From NCBI RefSeq assembly GCF_963506605.1, contig NC_083285.1, forward strand, positions 38,254,001 to 38,318,000: a stretch of 64,000 nucleotides of DNA, written 5' to 3'. Under the pieces are notes generated by a model. The model was not told where the DNA came from and searched no databases. It saw nothing but the letters and a program-made list of their open reading frames with translations. Both the position numbers and the translations under genes were made by a program. This DNA comes from Zootoca vivipara (lineage: Eukaryota). The first letter of the stretch is position 1. Every line of letters starts with the position of its first letter. Shown here one piece after another: positions 1 to 13,465 of the stretch.

Positions 1-1182
1 CAATATCTGGAGGGGCAAAGTTTAGTGACTCCTGGTGTATAATATTGCATTTAGATATAAAATTATATTGAGGTTGCACCAAGTAGATAGAAGAGGGTAT
101 AGAAGAAAAGATTAATAATGTTATTTGAATGTTTTATTGAATAGTTATTACTTAAATGTTTAAAATTGTTGTTTTTGACTTTTTAACTGATTTTTGATTT
201 TTTTTTTTACTCTTTGTAAGCTGCTTTGAGGTTGTTGGGTTTTTTCTTTTCTCTTTTTACAATCAAGTGGTATATAATAATGGGGAAAAATGTTTTGAGC
301 CAATCCTGAAAATACTAATTAATGAATGATCTAGATCAAAACACTTTCCTTAATGTGAAATTGCAAAGGACTTTTTGGTAAGCTGACATTCAGAAGTTAT
401 CAATATTTATTTTAATGAAATTGTAAACAAAATGTTAATTTCATATCGCCTAAGTTTTATGCTTAAAAATGATAATTTGTATCTTGTTTAATGTTTATGT
501 AGGTCAGCCTCTCCCAGCTTAATGCCCTCCAGATGGTTTGGGCTACAATTCTCACATCAGCCTTGACCATTGGCCATGGCTGCCTGAAGGGAGCCTGATG
601 GGAGTTACAACGTAACAACATAAACATTGATAGAAATTTTCATTCTTAAACATAAAACTTAGGGAATAAGAAATTAAAATTCTGTTTAAATTGCAATAAA
701 AGAAACATTGATAACTTCCAAACCTCAGATTACCAAAAAGTCAATTGTGCCTTCATATTAAGGAACTGTTTTGATCTCCCCTTCTCACATTCCTACAAGT
801 TTAGAAATTCGAATGCACAGCATTGCACAAATACTTTTGGCTTCTTCTTTCAACATACTTCACATTTTTAGGCACACATTCAGCAGTCCCGTCCCCCCAA
901 CAGTTGAAATACTTAATACAAAGTTCTATAAACCCAGTTTTAGGAATGTTTGCTCAGATGTTAAGTCTCAATTTTAGTGTGGCTTACTCGCTTATGTGTG
1001 CATAGAATTGTACCCTTAATGTAACCATTTGTTTGATATTCTTGGAATCAAGCTAGATTTTAGCTTGGTGTTTCTGGTATCTTCTCTCTCATACATCCTG
1101 GATGTTGGTTTACATTATGGATGTATGCTCAGTATTATTTTATTAATACTATTGCTATGTTTGTCATGGCCTTTGGCTAGAA

Positions 1183-1631
1183 CATGGGTCGGCAAACTAA
1201 GGCCTGCGGGCCAGATGAGGCCCAATTGCCTCTGGATCCGGCCCGCGGACAGTCCAGGAATCGCCACGTGGCTCACCAGTGCATGGGTTCTTTCCCTCTT
1301 CCTCCCTCTCCCTCACACGGCAGCGCCTCCTCCCTCCCTTCTCCTGGCTTCTCCCCATCCTGCCTAGAGGAGGAAGGGGGCTAAGCTTTGTTGGTGCCAC
1401 CAGCAGCAGCGCTTGAGTTGCCGCCATTTTAAGTAGCCCCTCTCTGGAGCCCTTTCACGTGCTGCTCATTGTCCCTGTCGCTGCCAGCCCCTGCCACTCA
1501 CAAGACACAGGTGAACAGCCACCAGGGCTCATGGTGCTCTTGCATCATTTCCCCCCCCCAAAATATAGTCCCCCCCCCAGGTCTGGGGGACAGTGGACCG
1601 ACCCCTTGCTGAAAAAGTTTGCTGACCCCTG
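1183..1631. mobile_element. Non-autonomous hAT-type DNA transposon (MITE)
   Basis: Ends CATGGGTCGGCAAACT ... AAGTTTGCTGACCCCTG form imperfect TIRs. Degenerate 8-bp TSD GGCTAGAA/GACCAGAA. Related copies in the opposite orientation at ~13466-13691 and 33728-34133. Confidence 0.75.
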
Positions 1632-2624
1632 GACCAGAACAATAAATTTATGAGCAGAAGATAGTATGAAGAAACTGAATATATTCTTATTAGAAAGTCA
1701 TGGCAATGTGAATGTGCTGACACTGCAGCTTTCCTCATGCTGATATTATTTTAAAATGTGAAGCAACTGGAGATTTTGCAATATCACCCTATAAAACACG
1801 CACCAACAGAAAATATACACCCAGTGGTATTCATACCACCTCAGCTATCATAGCAGATTGTTTGATGAGGAACTGATCTATGTTAAGAAAAAGGATGTAG
1901 TGGACCTTTCCAATATTAAACAATTTCAGATTGCAGTTGCTTGTTTGAATTTTCTCCCATATCTAAAACTCCCCACTTAGCATGTGTTCTACTGTAACTT
2001 CTCTATGTGATTGTTTCTGAAGTGCAGTGAAAGTGCAAATGTTGGAATGGCATCCAGAATTCTGAAGCAATAGTCCAAGGAACCTGGAACTACTTGCTCC
2101 CCTTACTTCCCTGCTTCTACAGTGTTTTGTTTTAAGCATCTCCTTACAGCAGCTACTCTTCAGTGACAATTTCCTAAAAATTACACAGGAGACCCTACAA
2201 CTGTTTTCCCCCCTTTGCTGGAATCCCTGCCCAGGAAACTTAAAAACATCTGTTTTCAGCACCTCTGCTCCCCTTCATTTCTCCTGTATGCCTGTAGTCA
2301 CAGCGATTGCAAAAAACCCCCCAGCTTTTACTTACTGTAGACTCGAAGCCCCAACTATATCTGACCTACAGACATTGCATTGATTGGGACATTGTGGAGT
2401 GGCTTATGCAGCAACCACAGAGCTTGCCAGGTCACTGCGGTTTGTGAACTCTGGGCCTTCATGAACTGAGTCAGGAATGGAGGGGAAACTAGCCCTTCAG
2501 TGTCTACACAGCACTATAGAATCTATTATCAATAGTTGGGGAAATTCACATATTTCTTCTTAAACTGGAGTGGGGACATACTCAGGATGAAGAGGGCTAT
2601 TGACATACTGGCCTAATTTTAATA

Positions 2625-3222
2625 TGGTAAATTAATGGACTACAGTGGTACCTTGGTTTAAGAACAGTTTAGTTTATTAACTTGGATTAAGAGTGCTGCA
2701 AACCCAGAAGTATGTTTTGGTTTGTGAACTTTGCCTTGGAATAAGAACATGTTTCGGTTCCTGTTGAGTGTGTTCCATTTGTAAATTGAGTCCCCCGCTG
2801 CTATGGGAAAGCACGTCTTGGTTTAAGAATGCTTTGGTTTAAGAATGGACTTCTGGAACGGATTAGCCTAAGTTTGTAAACCAAGGTACCACTGTATACT
2901 GAAATGGCAAAACTAACTGCCAGACTAAGAGACACTAATGATAAGGTGTTTGTAGAAAAGTGGAAACCCTTTTTGGATTCCTAAGTAAATATTTTAATTC
3001 TTTGGTAATACAAGATGGATTTATATCCTGAGCAACAGAAAAACAAGAATTTGATATTCGTAGGTTTAATTTTATGCATTGTTAAAAACAAACGGGCAGT
3101 AACGAGATCTGAGCCACATCTTATCAAGTGATATGGGAAGTTTAAAACCAAACAAAAATGATAACTTGTAATGTACTTAAAATGGATTACAAGAAAAATC
3201 AATAAATATAAAAATATAAAAA
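2625..3222 (+). mobile_element. 3' fragment of an L1-like LINE (ORF2 C-terminus, 3'UTR, A-rich tail) interrupted by a MITE
   Basis: Removing the MITE at 2643-2894 and one TA restores the frame KLMDYTEMAKLTARLRDTNDKVFVEKWKPFLD, which resembles squamate L1 ORF2 C-termini. AATAAA and an A-rich end at ~3201-3222. Confidence 0.6.
2643..2894. mobile_element. Tc1/mariner (pogo/Tigger-like) MITE
   Basis: TIRs CAGTGGTACCTTGGTTTA / TAAACCAAGGTACCACTG; TA on both flanks. Confidence 0.85.
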
Positions 3223-3907
3223 GACATACTGGTCTAAGAAACTAGGTTGATGAAAATATGGCTCATAATTCCAACCATGGATGTAGTGCAGAGGGGACAG
3301 CTGCCCCCCCAATCAATAGAAATAAATACAAATACTGTATGAGGTTCTGCCCCCCCCTAATAAAAGCCTGTCCCCCCTCTAACAAAAATCATGGCTACAC
3401 CCATATGGATGGCTAAAGAAAAAGTTCCTTGCAAGAAAATCTTACAAGTTCTACTACCATACACCAGAGCAGTACCTCCTTGCAGTTTTCTACACTGGTC
3501 AGGCTGATTTTTAACACTTATTTAATTACACATATGCAGGTGATTTCAAAACCAAGTTTTTAATATTGTTGACTGTGTGTTCAGTTTTTACAGGAATTAT
3601 CTATAAAATTACTAGCAATTATCACAACCTATGTTCTTTAAAGAAAACCTTTGATCATGCAACCAGTGCCAAACCCAATTGTTCCTTTTACGTAATAAAA
3701 CAACTTGTCACCCAGCGAGTATTTTTTAAATCTGCCTTGCGCAAGTGGAATTAACACACTGGGCGAGTTGCGAGAAGGTGGCTTCGTGCGTTGCGCAACA
3801 AATCCGGCCGAAAGCTTGTCCGCGTGACACCCGGGACGCTTCTCCGGGGCAAGACGATCAAAGGGGAACACAGCACCGCACGGGAGAATAATACTTCATG
3901 TTTAAAT

Positions 3908-3947
3908 GGTTGTTGTTGTTGTTGTTGTTGTTATTATTATTATTATT
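3908..3947. repeat. Compound (TTG)n(TTA)n microsatellite
   Basis: Direct reading. Confidence 0.9.
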
Positions 3948-4179
3948 AACAGAATCACAAGGCCCTCGAAGAGCTGGTGTAGTAAACAAAGGCTCTTTCT
4001 TTCCTCACAATGGGCGCCTCCCCGTTTCTCTGCCTACAGACCCCGCTTCCCCAATTCCGGTCCCGTCCAGGGTCGACCCCGGTAGAAACTTGGTTACTTT
4101 TCCTTCTCTCCCTATGTTAGTGACCGGGTAAGTAACGAAATGTCTCTGCCCGCGTCTGCCTCATTTACTGAACAAGCTC

Positions 4180-4608
4180 CGCCCCTCGAGAATCGAAGCT
4201 CCCTGTCGCGGGAGAAGCGTTTGGGCCGCGCTCTCCGCCGCTCCCGCCTGACTCGAATTTAAACTGCGCGACAGAGAGCTCGCGCAAAGTACCGACTCCT
4301 AAAGGGAACCCGCGCGCGGCTCCTCTCCGCCGCGCAGCCAATCACAGGGCAGCTCTGCGATTGCGCCGACCAATGCCGGCGCGCTTTATTGGCGGGCGAG
4401 CGAGGGGGGACGTTCGCGCTGTGCGGGAGTTGGGTGCGTTAAAACGCTGGGCAAGGCTGTTCGCCCCTCTCTTTCCATCCCGCCCCTCCTCTTCCTCCTC
4501 TCCTTCCTCCCTCCCACCACCCTCCTCCTCCTCCTTCCCCTCTTTGTTGGCGGTTCCTTCTCTCTCGCTGTCTCCTGGGAGGGCGGCGACAAGAGCCCGA
4601 GCCTGGCG
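4180..4608 (+). promoter_or_regulatory. TMPO: TMPO CpG-island promoter and 5'UTR with CCAAT boxes and E2F-like sites
   Basis: CpG-rich from ~3760 to 5560. CCAAT at 4338 and 4370, ATTGG at 4388, E2F-like TTGGCGGG at 4389. Confidence 0.7.
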
Positions 4609-4878
4609 ATGCCCGAGTTCCTGGCGGACCCGTCGGTGCTCACCAAGGAGAAGCTGAAGAGCGAGCTGATCGCCAACAATGTGAGCCTGCCGGGCGGCGA
4701 GCAGCGCAAGGACGTGTATGTGCAGCTCTACCTCCAGCACCTCACTTCGAGGAACGCGCAGGGAGCCCAGGCGCAGCCCGATTTCTCCAGCGAAGAGGAG
4801 CAGGAGCCCAGCCCGGTCGTCGCCAGGAACAGAATCGGCGGAGATGGTGGCGCCGCCGCGACCGTCGCCGTGGGCCGG
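4609..4878 (+). CDS. TMPO: Thymopoietin/LAP2beta coding exon 1 (LEM-like domain)
   Basis: [25 protein letters not shown]... matches the LAP2 N-terminus; donor GTAAGC at 4879. Confidence 0.96.
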
Positions 4879-6374
4879 GTAAGCCGCGCCGCCCTCCTCC
4901 CCCCCCCGGTGGCCGTTATCAGGCGCCAGAGCAGATTACGAGCCCGGAAAGCGGCCTCCGAGCGCTGAGGGGGCGGCGGAGTTTTCCCGCTTTCTTTGGC
5001 AGGGGGCGGCGCCATGTTTCCTCACCGGCGGGCGGGGCGCGCGCGCGAGAGAGAGATGGTGCCTGCGCGTGGATAGAAACTGCTTTGGTGGAAGCAGGCA
5101 GGCAGGAAGTCTGCTGGGGGAAGGGGGCGCCTGGTAAGCTGAAAAGTGCCGCTCCAACCTCTAGTGGCAAAACGCGACCGGAATGGCCAAAAATGGGCCC
5201 TCTGCCCTGGGCCGTCCTCTGATTCCCCCCTCGCCCCAAAAGCTGTCACCTGCTGCCCTCCTGTGGCGCCGCAGACGGCTCTTTCTATAAGGAGGGTTGC
5301 GAAGAGCTCTCCTAAAAGGAATTTGAACTTAGCAGGCGCCCTGCCAGGCGCAAGAAGGGTTTCACTTCTGCATAACTTGTCGCTGGCAAGGCACGTGGTG
5401 GGCCTTGGCTCCGCGCCCTGTGCTGCACACTACACCAGGCCCCTTCTTCTCCCCGTGAAAAATCCGAGCTAGGCCCCTCGCGACCCACGTTATCATCCTG
5501 AGCACTTTCGCGTCAAGAGTACGTTTCCTTGAGCGCACGAACCTACTTCCATGTTGCACTGGGCATGAATGTGAGGTTCGGGACAGTAAAAGTGGTTGCC
5601 TTTGTAAAATCCCTTTTAAGCTTGTTTATTTAAAGCTGTTCTGCACTTTTATGGCTGAACTTCTTTGACTGTTTTTTGCTCCTTCTGCGTAATCGATCAA
5701 AGGTATTCGCGCTTCCAAGTAATCGTCCCCTGCCTCTTTAAAAACAGTCTTCTAAAAGGCAAATTAATGAACGTGGCCATAAAATAGCGTGTTGCAAGAT
5801 TCTGCATCTTGTCATGACTTGAAAGTTTTCAAGCAGGGATTCAGTTTCAAATAACAGGTGTTTGGTGTCAAAGAGTAGTGACTTTTGGAGCACTGAACAG
5901 CTAAGTTTTAAGAGCTGTGCAGATAAGGAAATATTAGGTGACCAAACTTCTTTTGAAGCACCTCAGAGACTTGACCTGATGATATTTAAAGGGCACATAA
6001 ATGTTGATCCTACTCCCTTCATGTAGTGAAGGTTGAGCTGTCCTCTGAAACCTACAAGAAAGAGCAAAGGAAAGGGTAGCTAGAAATTGTAGAAAATAAA
6101 ATTATGGATTTTAGCAACTTCCATCTGTATTTTTGTTTAAAATCCCCCACTCTTAATTATCCTTTGGAATGATGCCTCATGGATTTTGCTTTTAGGGCAA
6201 TCCTGTGTAGCAATTTCAGCAACGAAAATATTGGCAAACCCAATTTAAAGTTGCAAGTGCACCTCCAGAAAAGGAATATTAATCAGAAAGTTTGGGACAA
6301 CCACTCCAAATTGCTTGATGTGGTGTTTGTGCCCGTGGAGCATTTGTTTCTGAGACACTGAACCATTTACTGTA

Positions 6375-6712
6375 CAGTCATACCTCGGTTTAAGTACGCC
6401 TCGGTTTGAGTATTTTCAGTTTAAGTACTCCGCAGACCTGTCTGGAACGGATTAATCCACTTTCCATTACTTTCAATGGGAAAGTTCGCTTCAAGGTTAA
6501 GTACGCTTCAGGTTAAGTACAGACTTCCAGAACCAATTACACTCATACTTCGGATTAAATACGCTTCAGGTTGAGTACTTTGCGGACCCGTCTGGAACGG
6601 ATTGATCCACTTTCCATTACTTTCAATAGGAAAGTTTGCTTCAGTTTAAGTACGCTTCAGGTTAAGTACAGACTTCCAGAACCAATTGTGTTTGTAAACC
6701 GAGGTACCACTG
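6375..6712. mobile_element. pogo/Tigger-like MITE with internal tandem duplication
   Basis: TA|CAGTCATACCTCGGTTTA ... TAAACCGAGGTACCACTG|TA; an internal ~130-bp unit is repeated. Confidence 0.85.
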
Positions 6713-6853
6713 TATCTGGAAATGTCCTTTGTTTCTGTGGATGGCTACAGTATATACTGTAACAAACATTCAAATTTTTTTTTGCAATACTGTACTAGAA
6801 ACAAAGTAACTCTTGTACAGTTTTCAGAGGAAAAAGTTCCAAATCTAAACATA

Positions 6854-7115
6854 CAGTGGAACCTTGGTTTACGAACACCTCGGTTTACGAATTTTCAGTT
6901 TACGAACGCCGCGGACCCATCTGGAACGGATTAATCCACTTTCCATTACTTTCAATGGGAAAGTTCGCTTCAGTTTATGAACGCTTCAGTTTAAGTACTC
7001 TGTGGACCGTCTGGAACAGATTAATCCACTTTCCATTACATTCAATGGGAAAGTTCGCTTCAGTTTATGAACAGACTTCCAGAACCAATTGTGTTCATAA
7101 ACCGAGGTACCACTG
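6854..7115. mobile_element. pogo/Tigger-like MITE
   Basis: TA|CAGTGGAACCTTGGTT ... AACCGAGGTACCACTG|TA; reverse-complement relative at 60883-61070. Confidence 0.85.
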
Positions 7116-7297
7116 TATTTTATTTACGTAGGTAACCTGCTTTTCATTCAAATCAATCCAAGAGCAGGCACATAAAAATATGTGCTTCATAATACAGGTA
7201 AAACAATCTGAAAAATTAAATCACAACGACAGTAAATCATATTTACATACTCACCTAGGTAAATGTTCCACTGAAATCAGTGGGGTTTATTAATATA

Positions 7298-7525
7298 CAG
7301 CCGTACCTCGGAAGGCAAATGCCTTGCTAGTTGAACGTTTTGGCTTCTGAACCCAGAAGTGAGTGTTGTGGCTTGCAAACATATTTTGGAACCCAAACGT
7401 CCGACGCGGGCTCCGATTGGCTGCAGGAGCTGCAGCCAGTTGGAAGCCACGTCTTGGTTTCTGAACGTTTTGGAAGTCGAACGGACTTCCGGAACAGGTT
7501 CCTTTCGACTTCTGAGGTACGACTA
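7298..7525. mobile_element. pogo/Tigger-like MITE (different subfamily)
   Basis: TA|CAGCCGTACCTCGGAAG ... CTTCTGAGGTACGACTA|TA. Confidence 0.75.
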
Positions 7526-8549
7526 TATAAATGTATGGGATTGCACTACACAGAAAATTTGCTTTGCAGTTGCTAATCTGAAGGAGTGACTTTCACAATA
7601 GGCCTATCAGTGACTTACAGTATTTAAAATCATGAATATTCTATCCAGATAATGCTTAGAGGAAATATGCAGTTCATTTCTGTTAAAGGGATCTGGGTTC
7701 TCCACAGTATAAAATAAACAACAAATAATACTTTTTATTTGAAAGTCTGCTTTGCACGAGACCTTAGGTCAGTCAGTTAATTAAGAAGAGAGTATTGGAT
7801 GTGAATCAGCAAGACCTTGTATTTAAAAGGGTAGCTGACCTTGCCTTGGCTAAGTTTCAATGGTAAACCAGTTGAGTTTTTCCACCATTCACTTATCCAA
7901 GGCTATTAAATGTACAATTCATTAAATATATTTTCAAAAGAGTAATTAGGGCTTTCTCAAATTTTTAATTGGAAAATGTTCTGCTGCACTGAAATGATGG
8001 ACTTGGTGATTTATTTTATTTATTTACTAAATGTAAATAAAAATGTGTTTCAATATTGGATAAATTTTCCAATAGCCCAAAGTAATGAAACTCAATAATT
8101 GATTGAGGGTGGGGAAGAAACATCACAACTTGGTAGCATACATTTCCCTCATATTGTTTGGATTTAAAGAAAAATGTAGATGTACTCAAAATTAATGTAT
8201 AATTATGAAAGTTTAGTTAATAAAATAAGTTAGTCTTTAATGTGCCATGAGGCTTTGTTTTGTTACAATGTGATGCAGCTTCCTTGGGTTAATAAATGTT
8301 AAATTGACTTGAGCTGAGGTGTAGAAGATAGGTTCAATTAATTATGTGTACCATGAAATGTGAACAGTACAAAATCAGTATTAAACTAGGGTTTTGTTTT
8401 TCCAGTCATGAGGGGCAAATTTGTGATGCGGTGATGAATTGAGGAAGATAAATAATTGAGAACTCTTCTTCCCATTCCACCAGCACAACGGAGACTTGTT
8501 CATGGAACTAGCTGCATAGATTCCTTATCCTCTGCAGACTAACCCAATA

Positions 8550-8788
8550 CAGTGGTAACTCGGGTTAAAAACGCTTCAGGTTACATACGCTTCAGGTTAC
8601 AGACTCCACTAACCCAGAAATAGTACATCGGGTTAAGAACTTTGCTTCAGGATGAGAACAGATAATGTGCTGCGGCGGCACAGCAGCAGCGGGAGGACTC
8701 ATTAGCTAAAGTGGTGTCTCAGGTTAAGAACAGTTTCAGGTTAAGAAACCTCCGGAACGAATTAAGTTCTTAACCCGAGGTACCCCTG
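8550..8788. mobile_element. pogo/Tigger-like MITE
   Basis: TA|CAGTGGTAACTCGGGTTAA ... TTAACCCGAGGTACCCCTG|TA. Confidence 0.85.
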
Positions 8789-8817
8789 TAGTGCAATTGC
8801 CCTGTCGTAGGAGTTGC

Positions 8818-8946
8818 CAGTGTGGTGCTCTTCAGATGCTGTTGGATTACAATTTTCTTTATCCCTGATCATTTACCAGTGCTGGCTAGGGCTGATGGGA
8901 AGTGTAGTCCGGTAACACCCAGATAATACTATTTTAGCAACCTTTC
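8818..8946. mobile_element. Short palindromic non-autonomous DNA element (old, abundant family)
   Basis: CAGATG..TTGGATTACAA ... CTGATGGGAAGTGTAGTCC fold-back core. Diverged relatives near 505-620, 10500-10580, 12445-12560, 34215-34333 and 51535-51640. Confidence 0.55.
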
Positions 8947-8953
8947 CCTATTA

Positions 8954-9265
8954 CAGTCATACCTCGGTTTACAGCAGCCTCGGTTTACAACTACCTCGGT
9001 TTACAAACACCGCGGACCCATCTGGAACGGATTAATTCACTTTCCATTACTTTCAATGGGAAAGTTCGCTTCAGGTTAAGTACACTTCAGTTTAAGTACA
9101 GACTTCCAGAACCAATTACACTCATACTTTGGATTAAGTACGCTTCAGGTTGAGTACTCCACGGACCCGCCTGGAACGGATTAATTCACTTTCCATTACT
9201 TTCAATGGGAAAGTTCGCTTCAGGTTAAGTACGCTTCAGTTTAAGTACTCCAACTCCACGGACCG
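8954..9265. mobile_element. pogo/Tigger-like MITE, right end truncated
   Basis: TA|CAGTCATACCTCGGTTTA left TIR and the same internal duplicated unit as 6375-6712; no right TIR. Confidence 0.8.
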
Positions 9266-12025
9266 TGAGAAGCAGCTATTATCTGTTCTCTTTGCTGTAT
9301 GGGAGAGTTAAAGGAGAGTTGGAGTGAAAGAATACACATATTTACACTTTTCTAGGATGACATAAGTTGTTGAAGCCTGTGTCATTCATAGTTGTTAGAG
9401 GTCTGGAGAGTGAGTTAATTAGGATAAGTGAACACTTTTCCTCCATGCCACTCTTGTTAAATAGTCTGTAGCAGTTCATATCATTCTAGACTATGTGGAA
9501 GGAATTAGGGGATGCATACCCCTTAATGTAGTCATTCTCTGACTCTTAATTCTTCCTCCCCCAGGATATGAAATAATATTCTAGAAGAGAACTTAGGGTA
9601 TAAGCTATTTTGGGGTTGATCTTGTTCATTCCACTGCTTTTTCCTGACTCAACTGCCTTCAACAGTGGACAGAAGTGACTACACTCAGTCCTCATTGGGC
9701 TTTTTTAGATGACTTTTAAAAATATTTAACAATTTTTTTGTCTGCATACTTGAATTTCTCTTGAATATATAGAATATATACTTCTTTGCCTAAAGCAATT
9801 TTGATGTTAATATGTTCCAGCTAACATATAGTTAACATTATTATACTATATGTAATAGAGCCAAGGAGAAATATGGAGTATACAAATGGAGTATATATGT
9901 AACAGTATTCTACTTAATTTCAACCCCTTTAGCAGGATAGTGAAACAAAAATGACTAATTGATAAGAACCTTTGCTGGTATTTGTGGGTAGCCAACCTGG
10001 TAGAAGTTCACTTTTATGTTAGCCAGTTGGTTGTTGTCTAAGTCATGCTGAAGCAGCTTAAAGGCCAACCTACCTTTCAAACAGATATTTATGTAGTCCA
10101 CATGCATATTGGTTTCCACATGATAAATTGTCATCTGGCTGGCAACTCATCTTCTGTTATTTCTCTGGAAGTCTTGTAATCACCCCGCCTTTAAACTGTT
10201 TTGTATTTTTCTCCACTGGGTTACCTGTTCAGTCCTTCTCTATATGCAGCTTTTCCCATTTGGTACTGCAAGAGATGTTCTACTGGGGAAAGTAAAAGTA
10301 TGTTCTGCTGACTTTGATGCCTTTTACTGGCTATGTATGCAACTGCTAGAAGTTCTATCCTCTGCTTGAAATTATTTCAAAGAATCATGGAATTGTAAAG
10401 TTGCAAGGGATGATGAGGGTCATCTAGTCCAGGCTCCTGCAATAAAGCTAAATATTTAGTTGTGGCTCCAGATATTGTTTGACTCTGAATTCCCACCCTA
10501 TCCAGATGAGCAGTGATCAGGGCGGGTAGATGTTGTAGTAGTTGAACAACATCTGGAGGACCACCGGTTCCCCATCCCTGTGATAAAGCAATGGTTATTT
10601 TCTTTTCAGAAATTGTCATAAAAAGCAGAAGGGTCTTGCATACCAAATACTGAGTTAGGAGTTTAAAGTACTTCGGTATCATCTTACTTATCTTGATTGG
10701 TTCTTAAGCTTTTTTGCTTAACTTAATGTGTGCCAAGGCTGTAGCTTAATTTCATTTTACAAAAGAGGCCCAATTTTGTCCTCCTATCCTTCAGGTCTTC
10801 TAAATCCCTAGCACAAATTTGTTTGAGATGCAGTCATAGATTACAGGGATAAATGTTAAAGTTTAAATGGTTAAACAATTTTGTGTGTATAAAATACTTG
10901 TGCCAAAATGTGTGCCATCAGTAGCACTTGGGACATAGCTGATTCTGTTGCAGTAGAAAGACTTGACTTTTGGCTGGGTCTTTCTGGCTGTGATTTTTAT
11001 TATTGGAGAACACTTCTGTTTCTAATTTCTTACACGTGGTGTGTAAAGTCTGTTACAGGAATGATTGGAAGAATTTCCTGGAAAGCATACTTTTATACTT
11101 GTCCCATGTTGCTACTTTATATATATTTTCCCTTTATAAGATTGTGAAATCTGTTCATCTCAATGGGCCAAATATATTGATTATCAGATTTCTGTAACAT
11201 TTACTAACAATACTTGTTCTCTGTTTGTGGGTTGCCATGGATCCACAAGGAGGCTATGCTAATTACTTGAGGCTGTTCCAGAATATAGGAATGCATTTGC
11301 AGAAATGTGCTTCAATTTTCTTCCCTAGGCTATTTTGTAAGGAAGATTTTATGGCATTCCATATGTGAATCGTTAAATAGACTATGTGATAGTGAAAAGT
11401 TAGAAACAGGTGGGTTTTTTTAATCCAATACTGTGCAACAGGACTCCTGTTTTTTCTCCTGCTCTGCACACTCTAAAATCTGCTGCAGGGGGTCCCCCAG
11501 CCTTCTAGAGAGAGCTATGTACTGTATTGGTATTGTGTTATTTTTATAGAGACAAAAAACCCAAACATATCCAAAGTTATGCTGTTCCCCAGAAGGTCTT
11601 TAGAGTACCATAATTGGGAAAGACAATAAATAGGGTTTTGATTTGTTGCACACAGTTCATGCTTTGGTGACAGTGCAGAAATGTTGGAGTAACATAGGTC
11701 AAAAGGAAGCGACATAGCCTGATTTTAAAAAAGCAAAACTCCATCAATGCCTGGGAATTGTTAGCTGGTGGGGCAAACTGTTCTCAGTAATGGAAAGGGC
11801 ATGAAGAAGGTGGTAGCATATTTTTTCACAACTTTAATAGGATTAACTATATAAGGAAGTTGCCTTATTTTCCATTCAGCTCCAAAATATCAGTACACAG
11901 GAACACTTAAGATGGAATCTGGATTGCTCTGGTGGTAGTGCTCCTCAAGCTTATGTTACTCTGTATTTACACACTTAATAACCTAGTTCTACAATGCAGT
12001 TAACACTTTGACTATCTCTTCCCAG

Positions 12026-12152
12026 AAGGCAACAAAGAAAACTGACAAACCAAGGCCAGAAGAGCAGGATGATATAGATGTAACAGATCTCAGTAATGAA
12101 GAGCTCAAAGATCAGCTTCTGAGATATGGTGTGAATCCAGGTCCTATTGTGG
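12026..12152 (+). CDS. TMPO: TMPO coding exon 2 (start of LEM domain)
   Basis: cccag|AAGGCA: KATKKTDKPRPEEQDDIDVTDLSNEELKDQLLRYGVNPGPIV; 127 nt; donor GTAAGC. Confidence 0.96.
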
Positions 12153-13248
12153 GTAAGCTAATACTCTGTAGTATCTTATTAAAAGTGTTTTTTTAAATCA
12201 AAATAATCGCTTGGTGGTGTTCATTTCATCAACATTAGTAATTGCCCAGCCCCTCCAGGCTGGCAGAAATAGCATTTCCTTTGGTCAGTGCTACAATGTC
12301 TGCCATTAACTTGGATGCTTGCAGCGTGCACAAGTCCATAATACTTGTCCATACACTCAGTAAACAAGAATTTAGCACCTCAAATCATTTTGCATAATTC
12401 TGATTAGCAGGATACAAGCAGAAACTGTTATTGAGTCATATAAACCTGTGGCCCTGCAAACATTGATAGTTTCCAACTCCCATCAGCCCCAGCCAATATG
12501 GCAAGTGATCATGGGTGATGGGAATTCTGGTTCAGCAATATCTGGGCCACCCTTCCCTGGTATAAATAAAGACTCTCCACATGGAAAATGAGAAGGTTTG
12601 CATAAAGGTGGTGCAACCATGAAATTACTGTTGCAGATAGCAATTTAGAATTTGAAAAACTGCTACTAGTACTTCGTTGGATGTTCCTAAGCTGTTATCT
12701 CACTGACTGTTTGGATAGAACATGACAGGCTTAAGATGCATTTATGGGCTTTGTGCGGCCTTACCCCTCCTCCAGATTTGAACCTTTGTTGATGTTACAC
12801 TTTGTATATATGAACAAATAATACTTCTATAATCTGGCTTAATTTTGAGGGTTTTCCATTTTGTCTTGTGATTGTTTTGGCTATCCTCAAAGGTTCCTAC
12901 ATTTTGCCACCTTGATTCATATAAAGGTTCCCCAGGTTTATTAGTTCATTTTACATTGGCACCCTTTTTTCTTATTTTACACACACACACACATATATAA
13001 AACTTACTACAGTATCTTCTCCTGTTAGTTTAAGCCTGATCTTTCCTTTACTGCTGTGGGATTTCTTAACTGAAAACTGTTGAAATACATAAGCTTCAAA
13101 ATGCTGCTTAGAAGCTTGCAGTGCACAGTCTGTTACTCTTGGTGATTCACTGAACAAAGTGGGGAAAATGGAGTTTCTTGTCAACTCATATATAGGAACT
13201 AGAATGTTTTGTCTATTCTGAGATATCTAATTTCCTGTTCTTCTGTAG

Positions 13249-13407
13249 CTACTACAAGGAAGCTTTATGAGAAGAAATTACTGAAGCTGAAAGAGCAGGG
13301 CCAAGAGCCAAGTTCTTTCATACCTGCACCAATTGTTTCTTCATCTGCAGAGAACAACAAACAAAATGGAAATAATGACTCGGATCAATACAGTGACAAT
13401 GAAGAAG
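13249..13407 (+). CDS. TMPO: TMPO coding exon 3
   Basis: ctgtag|CT: TTRKLYEKKLLKL...SDQYSDNEE; 159 nt; frame continuous. Confidence 0.95.
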
Positions 13408-13465
13408 GTAGAAATAAATTTTAAAAAATATGAATAGCTGACAAGGAGGATGTTAAGATAATAGT

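Noticed and set aside
6375-9265. Recurring ~50-bp units with intervening sequence, superficially CRISPR-like
   Set aside because: Vertebrate DNA; the units are internal repeats of TIR-bounded MITEs, with no unique spacers and no cas genes.
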